A program made the translations under genes and the position numbers. A DNA stretch of 64,000 nt, from positions 64,001 to 128,000 of the forward strand of contig CAVZRV010000031.1 in the NCBI GenBank assembly GCA_963777605.1, read 5' to 3'. Below, in pieces: positions 38,834-47,534 of the stretch (position 1 is the first letter of the stretch; each line of letters opens with the position of its first letter). Under the pieces are notes generated by a model. The model was not told where the DNA came from, ran no database searches, and saw only the letters and a list, made by a program, of their open reading frames with translations. The DNA comes from an uncultured Acidobacteriota bacterium. Its GTDB lineage: Bacteria; Acidobacteriota; UBA6911; RPQK01; JAPXNP01.

Positions 38834-41793
38834 TGATCGAGTCGGCTCCGGTATTCCGGGAGTTCCACTTCCACGAGGTGTTCTACCTGACGGATCTTCT
38901 TCTCGATACTGCCCGGAGAGTAGATTCCGGACCGGGAGACACCGGTGCTGGAAGAGGCCACGCTGTTCGAGTATCCCAGCCTTGAGTCGGAGGCAATCAC
39001 CGGCAGGATCGCGCGGGCATTTTCCAGCTCTCGCCGGGCAATCGCAGCCATCTGGTCAAGCAGCGCCTCAGCCCGGCCTCGGTCCTTCTCTGCCTGGAGC
39101 CGCTCTCTCAACTGGTAGAACCGGCCCACGTTGACGGTGCTCCGGATGCAGGCCAGGAAGGCTTTGCCGACGCCCCCCTCTCGAACCGCGTTCCGTTTCA
39201 ATTCAGGGTCCGCCGCAGCCTCTACGGCCTCCCACTTTACAACACCCGCCTGCCAGCCCATTTCGAGCTTCTCGAGTTCACCCAACGCGTCCTCGGCACC
39301 CCACGGTTCTGTCCAGCTGAGGTCGTTTTTGAACTGTCGCCCGGCATGATTCAGCGGTTCGTATTCCGGATCGAGAAACAGGGGATGAGCCGGACCTTTC
39401 TGGAAGGGCCCCATCGCCATCCTTCCTGAAAACGGATAGTGAGCAATCGCCTCACTCCAGTCTCTCCAGGCTCCGAGTGCGGGCTCAACAGCCGCCTCCC
39501 CGTACTCGCGGCGCGCGATCGATTTCAGGAGTTCTTCCGGGTCCTTGAATGGCTCCCAGGTCTCCTCCTTCATGATCTCGGCGGCAATGGAAGGCGTAAA
39601 ACCGTAATGCATCCAGTTGGCAAAGACGCCGCTCGGCCAGTCGAATTCGCGCATTCGCCGATACCGATCCGCCCAGCGGAAGTAGACTGGAATGTACGGA
39701 GTCTGGATGGCCTCCAGGGCAATCGCATGTTCGTCTTTGATCCAGAACGGAATCTTGCGCTGCCTTGTCAGTTCGACCTGCCGGGTGAATCGTTCCGACG
39801 GTCCAAGGTAGCTGATGGGATAGTCATAGGCCGGGATCGTCGTCTTTCCGAACGTGATCAGCCCCTCCTTTCCGAACTCCGTCATAAACGTCACTCCCGG
39901 ATCCAGGCGGTCAATTAGCCTGGATTGCGTCGGGTCTTCGCTGGACCAGAAATTCGTGGCACTGTACGGCCAAAGCACGACGTCGGCGTCAGAACGACTC
40001 GCCCGGGCACCTTGCTCTATTGTCTTGGCCAACTCCGCCACTACTTCCGGGGCGCTCCTTTTCGAACAGCGGGGGCAGTCCATTCGCCGCGTGTAGCAGT
40101 GAATGAAGCCTTCGCCGCCAACAATGAACACGACTCCCTTGACCAGCGGGGCCGCATCGAACAAATTCCCGGTAGCTTCCCGAATGTAGGTCCGGACTTC
40201 GTCGGTGCTGGTACACAGCACGTTGTCACCTCCGTATGCCTTGAACGGGGTGCCGCGATCACCGGGATGTGCCTCAAAAAACGAGGCCGGAAGCGGGTGG
40301 TACGCCAACACGACGTAAACATCCACACCGACGCGGCCTGCCTTCTCCGTCAGTTCCCTCAGTCGCTGCTGCCGCAGCGCCACCCCGTCATCCAACTCCG
40401 GAAAGACGTTGGACCGACCCAGGTCAAACAGGTCTCCCCAGATCCAGATCGCGTTGAACCCGGCGTGGGAAATGCGGGAAAGCAGCTCGGGCGTGTAGGC
40501 ATTCTTGCCGTATTCCAACTCCACGGTCGCGTAGAACGGGGCTGCTGTTATTCGAGGAGAATACCTGGGCCTGCGCACGCCGCTGGCCTTTTTCAAAAAC
40601 GGTCCCCTCTCCATCCGCATGCGGTCCTCCAACTCCTGAAGACCCCGCATGACCCCTCGATCGTCATATCCACAGACTTCGATTCGCCCATCCATGACTT
40701 CGATCCAAAACGACTCCGCTCCCTTCAGGTCCTTTCCTTCCACGCCCAACTGGTCACAGCGCGCCGCAACAATGGCATGATCGACACCGTCAGCCGTCCC
40801 GTTCCAGTTCGCGACCGGCGCCTCGGTGACAACGACTCCGAGTTCTCCCTCGAGGAAGCGCCGGAAATCAATGACCGCTGCGTGAACGAGATCGCCGGCG
40901 TCCTGCGAGTACTCGAGATTCCAGTCAGACGAGATTGCCACTTCGTCGGTATCAGAGGGAGAACTCCGCCGGCCTTTCATCAACTCTTGGTGAAGCGGAG
41001 TGAGCAACTCGTCTTCAATAAACGCGAACCGTTCCTCTCTTGAGCCTTCTGCTGCCTTCTCTCCGACCTGAAATGCAAAGTCGAGGTCCGCCAGGGTTTC
41101 TCCGTTTCCAACCAACGCGTGGCCCTGTTCATACTCCGGAGTCCGACTCCCGTAGTCCACGTTGAGGCTGTTCTCGAATCCGTCTGCCTCGCGTCCCCCT
41201 TCGCCCCACTCCGGAAGATACTTGTACTTCAGGCTCAGATTCTCCGCCGGATAGTCTTTGAGAGCCGTTCCGTAGACTTCGTAGTACCCCTCGCTCGTTG
41301 ACTCGGCGACTTCCAGCTGAAGGTAGTACTCCCGTCCTGCTTCCAGTTCTCTTCCCCGCTCAAAATCAGCACCACACCAGCGCTCGAAGAAGCGGCTCAC
41401 TTCATTGGGAGGAAGGTCCCCCGCCGCAATATCATCCTGTCCCCATTCCGTTCCGATCCGGTAGTGGAGCGGGGGAGCATCCCCGACGCGGAGCAGCTTC
41501 ATCCGAAATGCCTCCAATGGGCCAGTCGTGGCGGGCGTGAACGACTGCCCTGCCGACTCGCCCGATCGAAGGCGCCAGCTCACTACCGCATCCGACACCG
41601 GATCATAATCATGTACCGCGAGCAGCGTTCCGCCCAATTCGCTCCGTGCGGCCTGCCCACCGGTCGAGTCTGACCTGCACCCTGCGATCGTCCCGATCAA
41701 CAGCACCAAAAGTGCAGCCGACACCGAACGGGTTGTCCGAAGGACGGTTGGCACTCCACTTACCGACGACAATTTACAACCTCTCAATTTCAT
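38830..41793 (-). CDS. Lipoprotein, uncharacterised putative glycoside hydrolase (family A, copy 2) with an extra N-terminal beta-sandwich-like domain
   Basis: Lipobox IAGC; ESFWIEV..VCGYDDRG..RGLQELE..GPFL; GFNAIWIW; DYPIS..GPS; PYIP; DSRLG. Confidence 0.75.
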   Translation of the reverse strand: MKLRGCKLSSVSGVPTVLRTTRSVSAALLVLLIGTIAGCRSDSTGGQAARSELGGTLLAVHDYDPVSDAVVSWRLRSGESAGQSFTPATTGPLEAFRMKLLRVGDAPPLHYRIGTEWGQDDIAAGDLPPNEVSRFFERWCGADFERGRELEAGREYYLQLEVAESTSEGYYEVYGTALKDYPAENLSLKYKYLPEWGEGGREADGFENSLNVDYGSRTPEYEQGHALVGNGETLADLDFAFQVGEKAAEGSREERFAFIEDELLTPLHQELMKGRRSSPSDTDEVAISSDWNLEYSQDAGDLVHAAVIDFRRFLEGELGVVVTEAPVANWNGTADGVDHAIVAARCDQLGVEGKDLKGAESFWIEVMDGRIEVCGYDDRGVMRGLQELEDRMRMERGPFLKKASGVRRPRYSPRITAAPFYATVELEYGKNAYTPELLSRISHAGFNAIWIWGDLFDLGRSNVFPELDDGVALRQQRLRELTEKAGRVGVDVYVVLAYHPLPASFFEAHPGDRGTPFKAYGGDNVLCTSTDEVRTYIREATGNLFDAAPLVKGVVFIVGGEGFIHCYTRRMDCPRCSKRSAPEVVAELAKTIEQGARASRSDADVVLWPYSATNFWSSEDPTQSRLIDRLDPGVTFMTEFGKEGLITFGKTTIPAYDYPISYLGPSERFTRQVELTRQRKIPFWIKDEHAIALEAIQTPYIPVYFRWADRYRRMREFDWPSGVFANWMHYGFTPSIAAEIMKEETWEPFKDPEELLKSIARREYGEAAVEPALGAWRDWSEAIAHYPFSGRMAMGPFQKGPAHPLFLDPEYEPLNHAGRQFKNDLSWTEPWGAEDALGELEKLEMGWQAGVVKWEAVEAAADPELKRNAVREGGVGKAFLACIRSTVNVGRFYQLRERLQAEKDRGRAEALLDQMAAIARRELENARAILPVIASDSRLGYSNSVASSSTGVSRSGIYSPGSIEKKIRQVEHLVEVELPEYRSRLDQ

Positions 41794-41844
41794 GCTGACT
41801 CCAATGCCCTCGATGGCCGGCCCCTGTCTGACTCCGGTTCCCGC

Positions 41845-41859
41845 GCAAGCGGCGCACCA
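41845..41859 (-). promoter_or_regulatory. Possible sigma54 -24/-12 promoter
   Basis: Minus strand TGGTGCGCCGCTTGC versus consensus TGGCACG-N4-TTGC, about 50 nt upstream of ATG 41793. Confidence 0.3.
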
Positions 41860-41944
41860 TCTCCACCCGATTCACTACCGGCAACATTTCCAGAAATTCC
41901 GGTCCGGCACCTTCAGAATTTCGACTCACTTGCAACGTGCGCAC

Positions 41945-43642
41945 TCATCGTCCGCGGATCCTTTCCAGGGACAGGTCTCCACCTTCCTCGACGACGTAGT
42001 GCCGATCGGCGATCACGCCCGCAAACTCCTGGACAGCTCCGCCGGGCCAGGAAATCCGGATCAGGTCGGCGCGGGAGTGACGCCCGAGACCGAAGTGTGC
42101 ACGAGGATCACTGGCCGAGAATATGCCGACCGTTCTCTTGATCTCCCAGGTCTGTTCTCCGCCGGCGGTCCGCAGTGTGATCCGGGCACCAATACCGTCC
42201 CGATTGCTGTCCCTTCCGACGACTTTCAACATGAGCCAGTGGTTGTGGTTCGCGAGGTCGTTCCGGAACAGGTGGGGCCGACCGTTCAGATTCGTAACGA
42301 TGAAATCGATGTCGCCGTCGTTGTCATAGTCGGCGAACGCAACTCCGCGCCCCACGCTCCCCTTCCGGAGGTCCGGGCCTGCCTGCCGGCTGAAGTCAGC
42401 AAAGGTCCCGTCACCCCGATTCCGATAGAAGGAACCTGGCTCCTCGTACTTCTCGCTGAGACCCGCATCCCGGAGGAACGGATAGACGTGGCCGTTGGCA
42501 TGGTAGATGTCCTTGAATCCGTCATTGTCGAGGTCAACGAAACGGGTCCCCCAACTGACCGAGAACCACTCAGGGGTCTGGACTCCGGCCTGGGCCGTCG
42601 CATCTATGAAGACCAGGCCTCCGATGTTTCGATACAACGTGGAGTAGTCGCTGGCGAAGTGAGTCACGTAGACATCCAGCCGCCCATCGTTGTCGTAGTC
42701 GGCCGCGTCAACCCCCATCCCGGCCTGGGCCATGCCGTCTCCGCTCAGGGCCAGGCCGCTCAGGTAGGCCGATTCGGAAAATGTCCCGTCTCCCTGATTG
42801 ACGAAGAGCAGATTGGGGCCGAAATCATTTGCCACGTAGAGGTCCAGATCCCCATCGTCGTCCAGATCAGCCCAAACGACCCCCAGTCCGTAGCGGCTGT
42901 CCACATCGTTGGCACCTGACGAAACGGACACATCGGAGAAGGTGCCGTCCCCGTTGTTTCGGTAGAGGACATCCGACGCTCCAGGAAGGCCGCGCGGACC
43001 GCAGACAGTCAAGTGTCCCAGGTATCGGCAGTCCGGCGGAGGGAGATTGCCGAGGTCGATCTTGACGTAATTGCAGACGTACAGGTCCAGGTCCCCGTCC
43101 CGATCGTAGTCACCGAAGGCAGCCGACGAACTCCACCGGGTGTCACCCACACCGGCGCGGTCCGTTACGTCGGTAAAAGTGCCATCCCCATTGTTGCGGT
43201 ACAGGATATTTGGACCGACACAGGTCTCGTAAATATCAGCAAACCCGTCGTTATCAAAATCGCCGAAGGTGACGCCGACTCCCCAGCCGCCCGTCAGGAT
43301 TCCGGACTCACGGCTCACGTCCGAGAAGGTACCGTCTCCAAGATTCCGGAAGAGTGAGCTGTGGGGATTGTCCCCCGATCGCAATTGCGCGAGGGTAGAA
43401 CCCTGAACCAGGAACAGGTCCATCCAGCCATCGTTGTCGTAATCCAGGAACCCGACTCCACCGCCCTTGGTCTCGAAGATGTACCGCTTATCGATCGGTT
43501 CACCACTGACGTGCTGAAAATCGATCCCCGCGGAGGAAGCAACCTCCTTGAACTCAACTCGAGGTCCATCGACTGCCGTCTCGCCGTACGGCCCGGCGAA
43601 AAACGGGAACAGAAGAAGCAACAACGAAACGATCCGGGTCAC
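41945..43642 (-). CDS. CRTAC1-family protein (FG-GAP/VCBS repeats + ASPIC/UnbV C-terminal domain)
   Basis: Repeated D-Y/F-D-N-D-G-x-x-D motifs, LYRNNGDGTF.DV repeats, C-terminal SNRDGIGARI...HFGLG...I.WPGG. Confidence 0.93.
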   Translation of the reverse strand: MTRIVSLLLLLFPFFAGPYGETAVDGPRVEFKEVASSAGIDFQHVSGEPIDKRYIFETKGGGVGFLDYDNDGWMDLFLVQGSTLAQLRSGDNPHSSLFRNLGDGTFSDVSRESGILTGGWGVGVTFGDFDNDGFADIYETCVGPNILYRNNGDGTFTDVTDRAGVGDTRWSSSAAFGDYDRDGDLDLYVCNYVKIDLGNLPPPDCRYLGHLTVCGPRGLPGASDVLYRNNGDGTFSDVSVSSGANDVDSRYGLGVVWADLDDDGDLDLYVANDFGPNLLFVNQGDGTFSESAYLSGLALSGDGMAQAGMGVDAADYDNDGRLDVYVTHFASDYSTLYRNIGGLVFIDATAQAGVQTPEWFSVSWGTRFVDLDNDGFKDIYHANGHVYPFLRDAGLSEKYEEPGSFYRNRGDGTFADFSRQAGPDLRKGSVGRGVAFADYDNDGDIDFIVTNLNGRPHLFRNDLANHNHWLMLKVVGRDSNRDGIGARITLRTAGGEQTWEIKRTVGIFSASDPRAHFGLGRHSRADLIRISWPGGAVQEFAGVIADRHYVVEEGGDLSLERIRGR

Positions 43643-44869
43643 TCCGGGTTCTCCTCCTGTCGGGTTCTCGTGATCTCCTGCTCCCGGCGCTGAGTCTCAG
43701 CAACCTGGAGTTCCCGAAGCGCCTCGTCCGGTCTGTCCAGCTGGCGCAGCGTCATGCCGAGTGAATAATGGGCCTCGGGGTAGATCGGTCGGATTCTCAC
43801 AGCTTCACTGAATGCGCGCAACGCACCATGAAGGTTGCCCTTCTGCTTCAGGATCGTCCCCAACGTCAGCAGAGCTTCCGGATCTGATTTCAAATCAACA
43901 ACCTTCCAAAGAGCGTCTTCGGCTGCGTCGGCGTTCCCTTTGACCCACCACGTCATTCCCATCTCGTGCCACGCATCCCCGAATTGAGGGTCCAGTTCTG
44001 TTGCCCTCCGAAAAGCGTCAAGGCACTCATCCAGTTTCCCCTGCTCTTTCATCGCCTTGCCCAGATTGAAGAGGACCACCGGATCGTCGGGCTCTGCTTC
44101 GAGGATGCTTCGAAAGAGAGACTTCCGCTTCAACGGCCTGTCCGGCCTGCATCAGCGCGACTCCTCGATTGTGCCGAACCTGAAGATCGTCGGGGTATTG
44201 GAGGCTGAGGTCACGGAACCACCTGACAGCAGATTCGACCTGCCCAGAATTCAACAGCGCCAGTCCAAGGTTGTTCTGCGCCCGCACAAACCCGGGTTCG
44301 AGCCGGATGGCTTCCTCAAAACAACGAACGGCATCTGCATGCCTCCCGGATTGCTCGTAAGCCTCGCCCAACTGGTTGTGGACCGGCGCAAGCCTCGAAT
44401 TCAGTTTCAGAGCCGTCTCGTACTGGGCAATCGCCTCATCCAAACGCCCCTCCGCCGCCAGCACATTTCCGAGAAAGTAGTCAGCCTCGACCAGGTCCGG
44501 GTCAAGCTCCAGGGCCTTCCGAAGTTCTGCCTCCGCTTCGCCCAATTTTCGCGTCCAGAAGAAAGTCACGCCGAGGCTGTATCGTACTTTGGCCGAGTTC
44601 GGGGCCAACTCCAGAGCTTTACCCAATTCGTCGAACGCCTGTTCCCATTCTCCTTTTCTCCCATGCCCAAGAGCCTGGTCGAGGTACTTTTCAACCAGGG
44701 GACTTTCCGAAAGTGATCGAGTCGTGCCGGCCCAACAGGGAGAAATCATCAACCATAGAAGCAGCATGCATAACAGGTAAGGCAAGTCACTCCGGACTCC
44801 GCCAGTGCACGCTGGCGCATGGAGAGAGCAGTTCCTGACGTGTCTCGGAAAATAGCTCGGCCCGCACAT
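43639..44869 (-). pseudogene. Secreted tetratricopeptide-repeat protein split by a +1 frameshift near 44115
   Basis: Continuous TPR motifs across ORFs 44027-44935 and 43639-44133; deleting one base in GTC TCT CTT TCG gives ...EAEVSFRSILEAEPDDPVVLFNLG; start uncertain; stop overlaps the CRTAC1 GTG. Could be a sequencing error. Confidence 0.8.
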
Positions 44870-44992
44870 CCCGTTTGACTTATCCTCCCACCGCAGAGGA
44901 ACGAGGTGCAAGTTCGCTACCCGGGAAACTCGCAACTCCCTGCAGCCCGCTGCTCCCCATGGACGGAAATGATCGCCTGCAAAATCCTGATA

Positions 44993-45046
44993 TCGTAATC
45001 TCCAATTTGATCTCGCAATTATATCGATTCAAGGCTAAGATTACGA
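44993..45046. promoter_or_regulatory. AT-rich divergent promoter bounded by a 9-bp inverted repeat
   Basis: TCGTAATCT 44993-45001 / AGATTACGA 45038-45046; TAAGAT -10-like hexamer at 45036-41. Confidence 0.4.
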
Positions 45047-45131
45047 AAAGTAATTCGACCGGGACTGCCCACTCTCTTGCGGTGCTTGTTACGCGCGCCG
45101 AGTGGGCCCGCTTCACGGAAAGGGAGGAAGA

Positions 45132-47492
45132 GTGACCTGCGATCTTGAGCTGAATCGAAGCTCCCGCCTGCTGCGACTTGAGCTCAGCATTGCGGTCTTT
45201 TCGATGCTGGCCGGATTCAGCTTTGCGGGACCACCGGACGGGGCCCTGACCGGGACCGCTCCGCTCACATTGAAAGGAGACCTGTCATTTCAGGTTCTTG
45301 ACGGGGTCGATGCGCTGCTGCTGAAAAGAACCGAAGATTCCGTTACGAGCCGGGAGTCGATGTGGAGCCGGGATTACTCCTCGTTCGAGGCCTACACAAA
45401 ATCTGTTTCAGCAAACCGGGAGCGCTTTCGCCTTTACTGCGGCGTCGTTGACGAACGCCTGCCTTTCACCGATCTTCAGCTCGTGGGCAGCCTGCACACA
45501 CCAGCCCTGGTTGCGGAAACAAACGCAGTCAGAGTCTTCGCAGTCGAATGGCCGGTCTTCGCGAACGTCTCGGCTGAAGGGTTCCTGCTGGAGCCAAAGA
45601 ATCAGGTGCGGGCACAGGTCGTGGCGGTACCGGACGCCGACTGGACTCCTGAAAAACTGGCTGGCATTGGTGCCGCCGTCCACGGGGAGCCGGGATTCGC
45701 GCTGAAACTGGCCGAAGCGGGTTGCCGCGTGCTTATCCCGACGATCATCGATCGAGCGGCCACCTGGTCAGGGAACCCTCGAGTCCGGATGACCAACCAG
45801 ACTCATCGAGAGTTCATCTATCGACAGGCCTACTTCCTTGGTCGCCACATCATTGGATACGAAGTTCAGAAGATTCTGGCTGCGGTCGACTATTTCTCAC
45901 TTCCTGCCAGCAACCCCAACGGGCCGCTACCGATAGGAGTGGCCGGATACGGGGAAGGTGGCCTGCTCGCCCTCTACAGTGCGGCGATCGACTCTCGCAT
46001 TGGTGCCACTCTCGTCAGCGGGTACTTCCAGCAGCGTGAAGAACTCTGGAAGGAACCTGTATACCGGAATGTCTGGGGGCTCCTCCAGGAATTCGGAGAT
46101 GCCGGGATCGCTTCCCTGATCGCTCCGAGATCTCTGGTCATCGAAGCCAGCGAAGGTCCGATCGTGGAGGGTCCTCCTCCCCGGATCGAAGGCCGTGACG
46201 ATGCCGCTTCGGGAACTCTGGCATCACCGCCACTGGAGTCCGTGACGGCCGAGTTTTCAAAAGCGAGGGCGCACTTTCAGCGACTCGGCGTGGAAGATCG
46301 AATCCGCCTGATTGCCGATTCCACTGGAGCGGGGCCGCCATTTGGACCGTCAGCCGCGGCCGTTTTCACCGCCGATCTGCTAGGCGAAACCCCTCAATGG
46401 ACGGAGACTCCGAAGTCTCTTGCCGATCGCCGGGAGGGCTTCGAGCCATCCGCGAGGATGAGACGCCAAGTCTCGCAGTTGGTGGACTTTACTCAGCATC
46501 TCATGCGCCAGAGCGTGCTGGACCGGAGGGAGTTCTGGAAGAAAGCCGATGATACATCCGTCCAGAGGTGGGAGCTCAGCACGCGGTTCTACCGGGACTA
46601 CTTCTTCAGAGAAATGGTCGGGGTGCTGCCGGCCGTCACGGCCGACCCCAGCCCCCGGACCAGATTGCTGTACGAAACCGCAAAGTGGAAGGGCTACGAG
46701 GTGGTCCTTGACACCTGGCCGGGCGTCATCACCTACGGCATCCTTCTGGTCCCCAGAGACCTCCAGCCGAACGAGCGCCGTCCGGTTGTAGTTGCTCAGC
46801 ACGGGCGGGCGGGACGACCACAAGACGTGTGCAATCCGAATGAAGATACCCCCGCCTACCATTCGTTCGGAGCCCGCCTTGCCGACCAGGGATTCGTTGT
46901 CTTCGCACCGCAAAACCTTTATCTCGGAGAGGAGCGCTACCGTGAACTGCAGAGGAAAGCGATGCCCCTGAAGCTCACGATCTTCGCCCCCATGATCCGT
47001 CAGCATGAACAGGTCCTGCGCTGGCTGTCCAGCCTGCCTTTTGTGGATGCCGGGCGAATCGGCTTCTATGGTCTTTCCTACGGAGGCAAGAGTGCCATGT
47101 TCATTCCGGCTGTCGTCAAAGGATACGCGCTGTCGATCTGCTCGGGTGACTTCAACGAAGAAGTCTGGAAGCACGTAACGGTTGATGTCGGATACAGCTT
47201 TCTGCTGACCAAGGAGCACGAACACACGGAATTCGGCTTCGGTCAGAAATTCAACTACGGCGAACTCGCCGGATTGATTGCACCCCGGCCGTTCATGGTG
47301 GAGCGCGGGCACTCTGACGGAGTCGGAGAAGATGAATGGGTGGCATTCGAATACGCCAAGGTCAGACGACTCTACGACAAGCTCGGCATCGGCGACCGAA
47401 CCCGGATCGAGTACTTCAACGGCCCTCATGAGATCCACGGTGTCGGAACATTTGACTTTCTGCACAAATACCTGGTCTGGGCCAAACATTGA
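45132..47492 (+). CDS. Secreted tandem double alpha/beta-hydrolase, copy 3
   Basis: Close paralogue of 10636-12987 (GRHIIGYEVQK, GYGEGG, GLSYGGK, ERGHSDG, FNGPHEIHG); GGAGG before GTG 45132. Confidence 0.86.
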   Translation: MTCDLELNRSSRLLRLELSIAVFSMLAGFSFAGPPDGALTGTAPLTLKGDLSFQVLDGVDALLLKRTEDSVTSRESMWSRDYSSFEAYTKSVSANRERFRLYCGVVDERLPFTDLQLVGSLHTPALVAETNAVRVFAVEWPVFANVSAEGFLLEPKNQVRAQVVAVPDADWTPEKLAGIGAAVHGEPGFALKLAEAGCRVLIPTIIDRAATWSGNPRVRMTNQTHREFIYRQAYFLGRHIIGYEVQKILAAVDYFSLPASNPNGPLPIGVAGYGEGGLLALYSAAIDSRIGATLVSGYFQQREELWKEPVYRNVWGLLQEFGDAGIASLIAPRSLVIEASEGPIVEGPPPRIEGRDDAASGTLASPPLESVTAEFSKARAHFQRLGVEDRIRLIADSTGAGPPFGPSAAAVFTADLLGETPQWTETPKSLADRREGFEPSARMRRQVSQLVDFTQHLMRQSVLDRREFWKKADDTSVQRWELSTRFYRDYFFREMVGVLPAVTADPSPRTRLLYETAKWKGYEVVLDTWPGVITYGILLVPRDLQPNERRPVVVAQHGRAGRPQDVCNPNEDTPAYHSFGARLADQGFVVFAPQNLYLGEERYRELQRKAMPLKLTIFAPMIRQHEQVLRWLSSLPFVDAGRIGFYGLSYGGKSAMFIPAVVKGYALSICSGDFNEEVWKHVTVDVGYSFLLTKEHEHTEFGFGQKFNYGELAGLIAPRPFMVERGHSDGVGEDEWVAFEYAKVRRLYDKLGIGDRTRIEYFNGPHEIHGVGTFDFLHKYLVWAKH

Positions 47493-47534
47493 AGCCGGCT
47501 CTTCGACCGATCCTGGGGCCGGCTGGAGGAGAAA

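Noticed and set aside
18051-41863. Shared 12-mer GCGCACCATCTC upstream of two genes (18051 and 41852)
   Set aside because: One 12-mer match among a few kb of intergenic DNA is near chance level, and the spacing to the start codons differs.
41945-43642. Repeated DNA segments (e.g. AAC/AAT GGG GAC/GAT GGC ACC/ACT TT) as a possible repeat array or CRISPR
   Set aside because: They are degenerate coding repeats of FG-GAP blades with no constant repeat-spacer period.
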